A DNA stretch of 32,000 nt from Nitrosospira multiformis ATCC 25196 (GTDB lineage: Bacteria > Pseudomonadota > Gammaproteobacteria > Burkholderiales > Nitrosomonadaceae). Location: assembly GCF_000196355.1 (NCBI RefSeq), contig NC_007614.1, positions 1,440,001 through 1,472,000 of the forward strand, written 5' to 3'. The position numbers and the translations under genes were made by a program. The notes below the pieces were generated by a model that did not search any database, was not told where the DNA came from, and worked only from the letters and a program-made list of their open reading frames with translations. Positions 27,532-32,000 of this stretch are shown piece by piece (the first letter of the stretch is position 1; every line of letters begins with the position of its first letter).

Positions 27532-28971
27532 ATGCTACAAGTTACGACAAACAATGTTAATACGACTCTCGACGAAACAGCCGGATTGCAAAACTTCACT
27601 TCCAGCTCTTCCGCAGGGGATAAGGATGATAATGATATCCTTGTATCATCCCTTCCTTCGACGTTTTCTGGTCGGCTCGGTGTTCTGGGAGCGAATACTT
27701 CATCTGCAATTGGCGCTGCCCTGAGCGGCTATACGGGCGCAGCCGGGGACATGGGCAGCAATGTCATCAGCGTGACAGGCTCGACCGGCGCCACCATCAC
27801 TGATCTTGGTTTTGTCGGCAGCACTGGCAATCCCCTCAGCGGAGTGGATAGCGGGCTTGACACTGTCAATGGCACGAGCATATTACTGTATACCGATACG
27901 GCGAATAATAATATCGTCCTCGGTCGTGCAGGGGCTGCGGATGGTCAGATCGTGTTCGCGCTTTATCTGGAGGAAACCGGATCACCGGTATCGGGGGCCA
28001 AGATATGGTCTGTGCAATATGCTCCCCTCAGGAACCCGAATGCCGCGAATCCCGATGACGCGGTTGATCTGGCCAACCAGGTTTTCGTCGCTGCAAGCCA
28101 GAATCTGGAATTCAGTCTTGCAGGCGCGCCTTCGGGACAGAACCTGTTCCTGATGTTCACCGTTGCCAATCCGACAACCCAGGATGTCGGCGGCGTTACC
28201 CGGATCACCGATCCCGCCATCATTGCTACCGGGAAGGATCCGGCCAACCAGTCTACCGGGGTCAATATAACCACGGGGGACACGATCAATACCAGCCAGG
28301 CAGGGGGACCCACCACCTTCGGCACCAACAGCCAGATGATAACCGAGCAGGAAGGCATCCGGTTTTCGTTCGTTACGGGCGCCCGGCAGAATGTGACCAT
28401 TCCCAATCTGGACCAGAATGAGGCCGATGTCGAGTCCAATATCGATTTCACCGGTGTTTTCAATGCCAGGTCGGCTACTTTCGACGTCGTTCAGTTGCAA
28501 TCGGGCAAGAGTGCGGTCGTCCAGGTCAGCGCCTTCAGTACAGCGGCTGAACCCGGCGCAAATTTCATTGATGGGTATACGGGAGATACTCCTGTCGGCA
28601 TCAACCATATCAAAGTCTCGCAAGGTACAACTGTCCTCATCGATACCAGTACCGGTGGAACAGCCAATGGCGTAACAGTAGCTTTCAATGGCGGAGTCGC
28701 GACCATCTCCGGAGTAAAAGCCGGTTACAACATTGAATACACCACGGTCGGCGATCACAACCGCGTGCTTGTCGAAAACGGGGCTGCGCTTAACGCAAGC
28801 GGTAATACTCATGCCGATTTCGATATCGGCGGCTTCAGGCTGCTCCAGGTATCCACCGCAACTACCGAAGTTGGCACCCATGTAAGATTTGAGGACGACG
28901 GGCCGAGCATCAGCACCACGGGCACGGAGCCCGGCCTGACGGTGGACGAGACCAACCTGGCCTGGCGGTGA
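27532..28971 (+). pseudogene. T1SS-type repeat-domain substrate/adhesin-like protein, 5' fragment of a frameshifted gene
   Basis: ATG preceded by AAAGGAG; Asp/Thr/Gly-rich repeat protein ending HVRFEDDGPSISTTGTEPGLTVDETNLAWR*. The conserved junction (VDETNLA|VNDTKSF) is broken at a tandem CTGGC repeat. Confidence 0.8.
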
Positions 28972-30686
28972 ACGACACGAAGAGTTTTGCTGCCAACTTC
29001 ACTTCCGCGTTTGGAGCGGACGGTGCAGGCACGCTGACCTATGCGCTGGGCATCAGCCTTGCGGGAGTGGACTCGGGGCTGGTGGACACTGCCACCGGCG
29101 AGCACGTATTCCTGTTCCTGAATGGGGGGGTGGTGCAAGGCCTTGCAGGCGGTTCCGGCGGTCCCGTTGTATTCACGGTGAGCGTCAATGGCACTACGGG
29201 CGACGTGACGCTCGACCAGCAGCGAGCGGTGGTGCATCCTGACACGACCAATCCGGATGATTCGAAGACCTTGTCGGCGGACAACCTGGTGACGTTGACG
29301 GGGACCATCACAGACAAGGACGGCGACAGTCAGAGCGCAGTGCTCAACATCGGGCAGAACCTGACGTTCAAGGACGACGGGCCGACGCTCAATTTCGGCA
29401 ACCTGGTAGGCACGGGTACCATTGCCCCGCAATATGGGGAATGGATGCCGTTTGTTGGAGCCGATCAACCGGGCAACCTGGACATTTCCTTGAATCAATT
29501 CCAGCTCGTGCGGCCAGACGGCACGGTAGTCAGCGGATCGAGCTTCACATTCAATGAGCTGGCGAGTTCTCCAAATGCCTCCGGCGACTACCTCTTCCAG
29601 GGGACACTGACCGCGGATTTCGACAACAATGCCAGCACGCCCGATACGACCACGGGCTTCACCCTTACCGCGTTGCACGATGGCCGCTATGTTTTTGACC
29701 TCGACCAAGGGTTCGGTTCGACGATCACGTTCAGCAGTGCCAATGGTTCTCTCGATGCAGGAGGGCCGGATCCGGTGCGGACATTGACTATCCCTCCGGA
29801 CGAGCAAGTGGTCTTTTTCGGGGTGCAGGCCACCACCTCCGATGCCAATATACTATCCGCCATCGGACTGGGGGAACCCGATCTGACCGAGGCACAGATT
29901 CAATCAGGAGGTTTTTCATTCCTTGGCACTGCGAACATGAATGTCAGCACCGCCGGTATAGGGATTGGTAATAACAACCTTGATGGAAATACAACGGCAG
30001 GAATAAACGCCGGCGATGAAAGCTTTGTTGTCAATCCCGAAACCTTGCTGACCGGCATGAAGGTGTTCATCGACAACTCGGTGGGAGGTTATGATCCCTC
30101 GACAGAGGAGTTGTACTACAAGATCTTCTACGATGATGGCACCAATTCAGGCAACATAAAGGTAGGGAGTACAGATCTATCGGCAGCGGCAGGGGGACAG
30201 AAATCCTTCATGATCGAGACTGAAGGCTCCAAGTTGATCGACTCCGTTCAGCTCACGATGGGTAAGGGCACGGTGAAGATCCCGGTGATCGAGTTCATCA
30301 AGTCGACCGAAAATCTTGCCAGCGATATCAAGCTGGGTTTTACGGCCTCGCTGACGGATGCCGATGGTGACAAGGCAACCAGCAACTTCTCGACTAACCT
30401 GTTCGCCAATGACCTGGGCGGAACGTTTGACTATACACTGATCGGCGCCCCCAATGACCTCGATGGCTTCGACGTGGATCTTTCGGCCACCCAGGATTCC
30501 TACCGGATCGAGAATTTCGACGAACCGCAGGACACCCTGTTCCTTCTCAACGGTACTGGCGCAACCGTTTCGATAAACAATGCCGGAACGGACAGCATCG
30601 TTTCCGTAGCCGAGGCAGGCGGGCAAACAACGGACATCACCGTTGTAGGTGTCCACCTCCAGGCGGCTGACGTAGTGCTCGTCTAG
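28968..30686 (+). pseudogene. T1SS-type repeat-domain substrate, 3' fragment of the same gene
   Basis: NDTKSFAANFTSAFGADGAGTLTYALGISLAGVDSGLVDTATGEHVFLFLNGG...LTGTITDKDGDSQSAVLNIGQNLTFKDDGPTL...FTASLTDADGDKAT...TDITVVGVHLQAADVVLV. The GTG 'start' overlaps the previous TGA. Confidence 0.8.
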
Positions 30687-30699
30687 CCAGCATTTGCCG

Positions 30700-30729
30700 G
30701 GCAAGCCAGGTATTCAAACCTGGCTTGCC
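30700..30729 (+). terminator. Stem-loop downstream of the T1SS substrate gene
   Basis: GGCAAGCCAGGT-ATTCAA-ACCTGGCTTGCC, 12-bp perfect stem, 6-nt loop, starting 13 nt after the stop codon. Confidence 0.6.
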
Positions 30730-31006
30730 TGGGCACTTTCCTGTGTTTATCCGATCTTTCCTGAAAAAGGAAAGCTGCTGAAGCTTTGCATATTCTGGGG
30801 TGAGATCACAGCTTGGCATCTCTTCGAATCCTTGGCCCCATACCGCACTCCTGCTTCATGCCTGCTACCGGTACTGCCATCCCTGAACGAACTCATTCTC
30901 TAACCAATTCCGCCGCATGGTGCTGTCTATGTTGTTTATCGCACAGAGGAGCATCAATGAAACCATGAAAAATACCGCTTGAGCCGTTGCCTTCGAGCCA
31001 GAAAAC

Positions 31007-31745
31007 ATGGATGAACAACATTCTGCTCCTATCCGCGTTCTGTTGATCGGTGCCTATCCCATCGTGCTTCTTGGGCTGAAGAACCTGATCGAGAGCCAAG
31101 GGGAGAGAATGAAAATGGCGGGCCAGTTCACGCGCTACTCTCTGCCCATCCCGGAACTTGAGGAACTGACGCCGGATGTGATTGTGATCGACCCCGACCA
31201 GGAGCCGAGGGAAGGCATGGAGGCAATGCGGATGCTGGTCAAAGCTTGTGGGGCCAGGATCATGGTTTTCAGCACGTTTTGCGACCCCCTTACTTGCAAC
31301 GAGGCCATCCTCAAGGGAGCCATGGGTCTCGTCGGAAAACAGGAACCGTTGGAGATCATTCCGAAAGCGATCGAAAAGATTCACGAAGGACAATTCTGGC
31401 TTAACCGCACAAATACATACCGGAAAGCTCATACACCAGCTCAGGGATGCTCAATCGCCCGAAGCTCCTGGCTGGGAGGAGCCGAAAATAAGGGCCCTTA
31501 CGACGAGGGAGAGAACCGTCGTCGCGACCGTTGTCTCGAACACTGAAGCCCCCTTCAAGGTCATCGCCGATATGATGCATATCAGCGAACGCACCTTGCG
31601 CAATCATTTGAGTTCCATCTATGAAAAACTGAGTCTTAGCAATCGCCTCGGTCTTTTGGCCTACGCGCGGAAGCATGGGTTAGAAGAAGACCAGGCCCCT
31701 CCTGAAAAGATATGGAGAAGTTTCGCCAGGGAAGGCAAGGATTGA
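31007..31745 (+). pseudogene. Atypical receiver + LuxR-type HTH regulator, frameshifted (track ORFs 31007..31546 and 31248..31745)
   Basis: Frame 1 encodes IRVLLIGAYPIVLLGLKNLIES...PDVIVIDPDQEPREGMEAMRMLVKACGARIMVFSTFCD...GAMGLVGKQEPLEIIPKAIEKIHEGQFWLNR; frame 2 continues IHTGKLIHQLRD...IRALTTRERTVVATVVSNTEAPFKVIADMMHISERTLRNHLSSIYEKLSLSNRLGLLAYARKHGL. The frame changes around 31411..31413. Confidence 0.8.
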
Positions 31746-32000
31746 ATGAGTTACAAGCTCAGAATCCCGAAAACGGAAATAGCTCGGGCTTTGGCCGATT
31801 TCAAGGGTGCTTTCAGGACCGTAGGGGTTTTCAGCGCGATCATCAATCTGTTGCTGCTGGTTCCGGCCCTGTACATGCTGCAGGTGTACGACCGGGTGCT
31901 CGCCAGCAGGAATGAAACCACCTTGCTGATGCTGACCTTGCTTGCGCTGGGTGCGTTTCTGTTCATGAGTGCACTGGAGCTCGTACGCAGCTTTATTCTC
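31746..32000 (+). CDS. Type I secretion system permease/ATPase (ABC), N-terminal part truncated by the window edge
   Basis: [85 protein letters not shown], with the [17 protein letters not shown]...SRNETTL signature of PrtD-type T1SS ABC exporters. Confidence 0.92.
   Translation, partial: MSYKLRIPKTEIARALADFKGAFRTVGVFSAIINLLLLVPALYMLQVYDRVLASRNETTLLMLTLLALGAFLFMSALELVRSFIL

Noticed and set aside
27806-29807. Long minus-strand ORFs opposite the T1SS substrate (e.g. 28809..29807, 332 aa)
   Set aside because: They lie antisense to a well-supported repeat protein and have composition typical of antisense reading (Arg/His/Val rich, no motif).
1-32000. CRISPR array, restriction-modification, toxin-antitoxin, CBASS or retron-like defence systems
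   Set aside because: No regularly spaced repeats, Cas proteins, methyltransferase/nuclease pair, or reverse transcriptase were recognisable in the sequence or ORF track.

Overview
The 32 kb window looks like ordinary betaproteobacterial chromosome, probably from a Nitrosospira-like ammonia oxidiser. That taxon is inferred from gene content only. Minus strand, left part: an edge-truncated APC-family amino-acid permease, then a nitric oxide reductase operon transcribed small membrane ORF > norC > norB > norQ > norD, in which norC encodes a two-heme fusion. Middle: small hypotheticals, a PepSY-like secreted protein, PEP-CTERM proteins plus one orphan PEP-CTERM tail, a TonB-dependent siderophore receptor, YbdD/YjiX + CstA, 3-methyladenine DNA glycosylase, a DMT exporter, a small secreted protein, an OprP/O-like porin, and EF-P with an Arg-type loop. 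Right part: type-5 uracil-DNA glycosylase, a tautomerase-like protein, uvrC, pgsA, tRNA-Gly(GCC) and tRNA-Cys(GCA), then a short accessory patch with a DUF2591/NinX-like phage gene, an XRE-type HTH remnant and a perfect 34-nt palindrome. The window ends in a type I secretion locus: a repeat-type substrate split into two ORFs by a tandem CTGGC duplication, an atypical LuxR/NarL-type regulator also split by a frameshift, and the start of a T1SS ABC transporter. The strongest leads are the doubly frameshifted T1SS locus, the small protein and diheme NorC at the head of the nor operon, and the tRNA-adjacent accessory patch. I found no CRISPR array, rRNA or intact mobile element, and no clear evidence of a new defence system.
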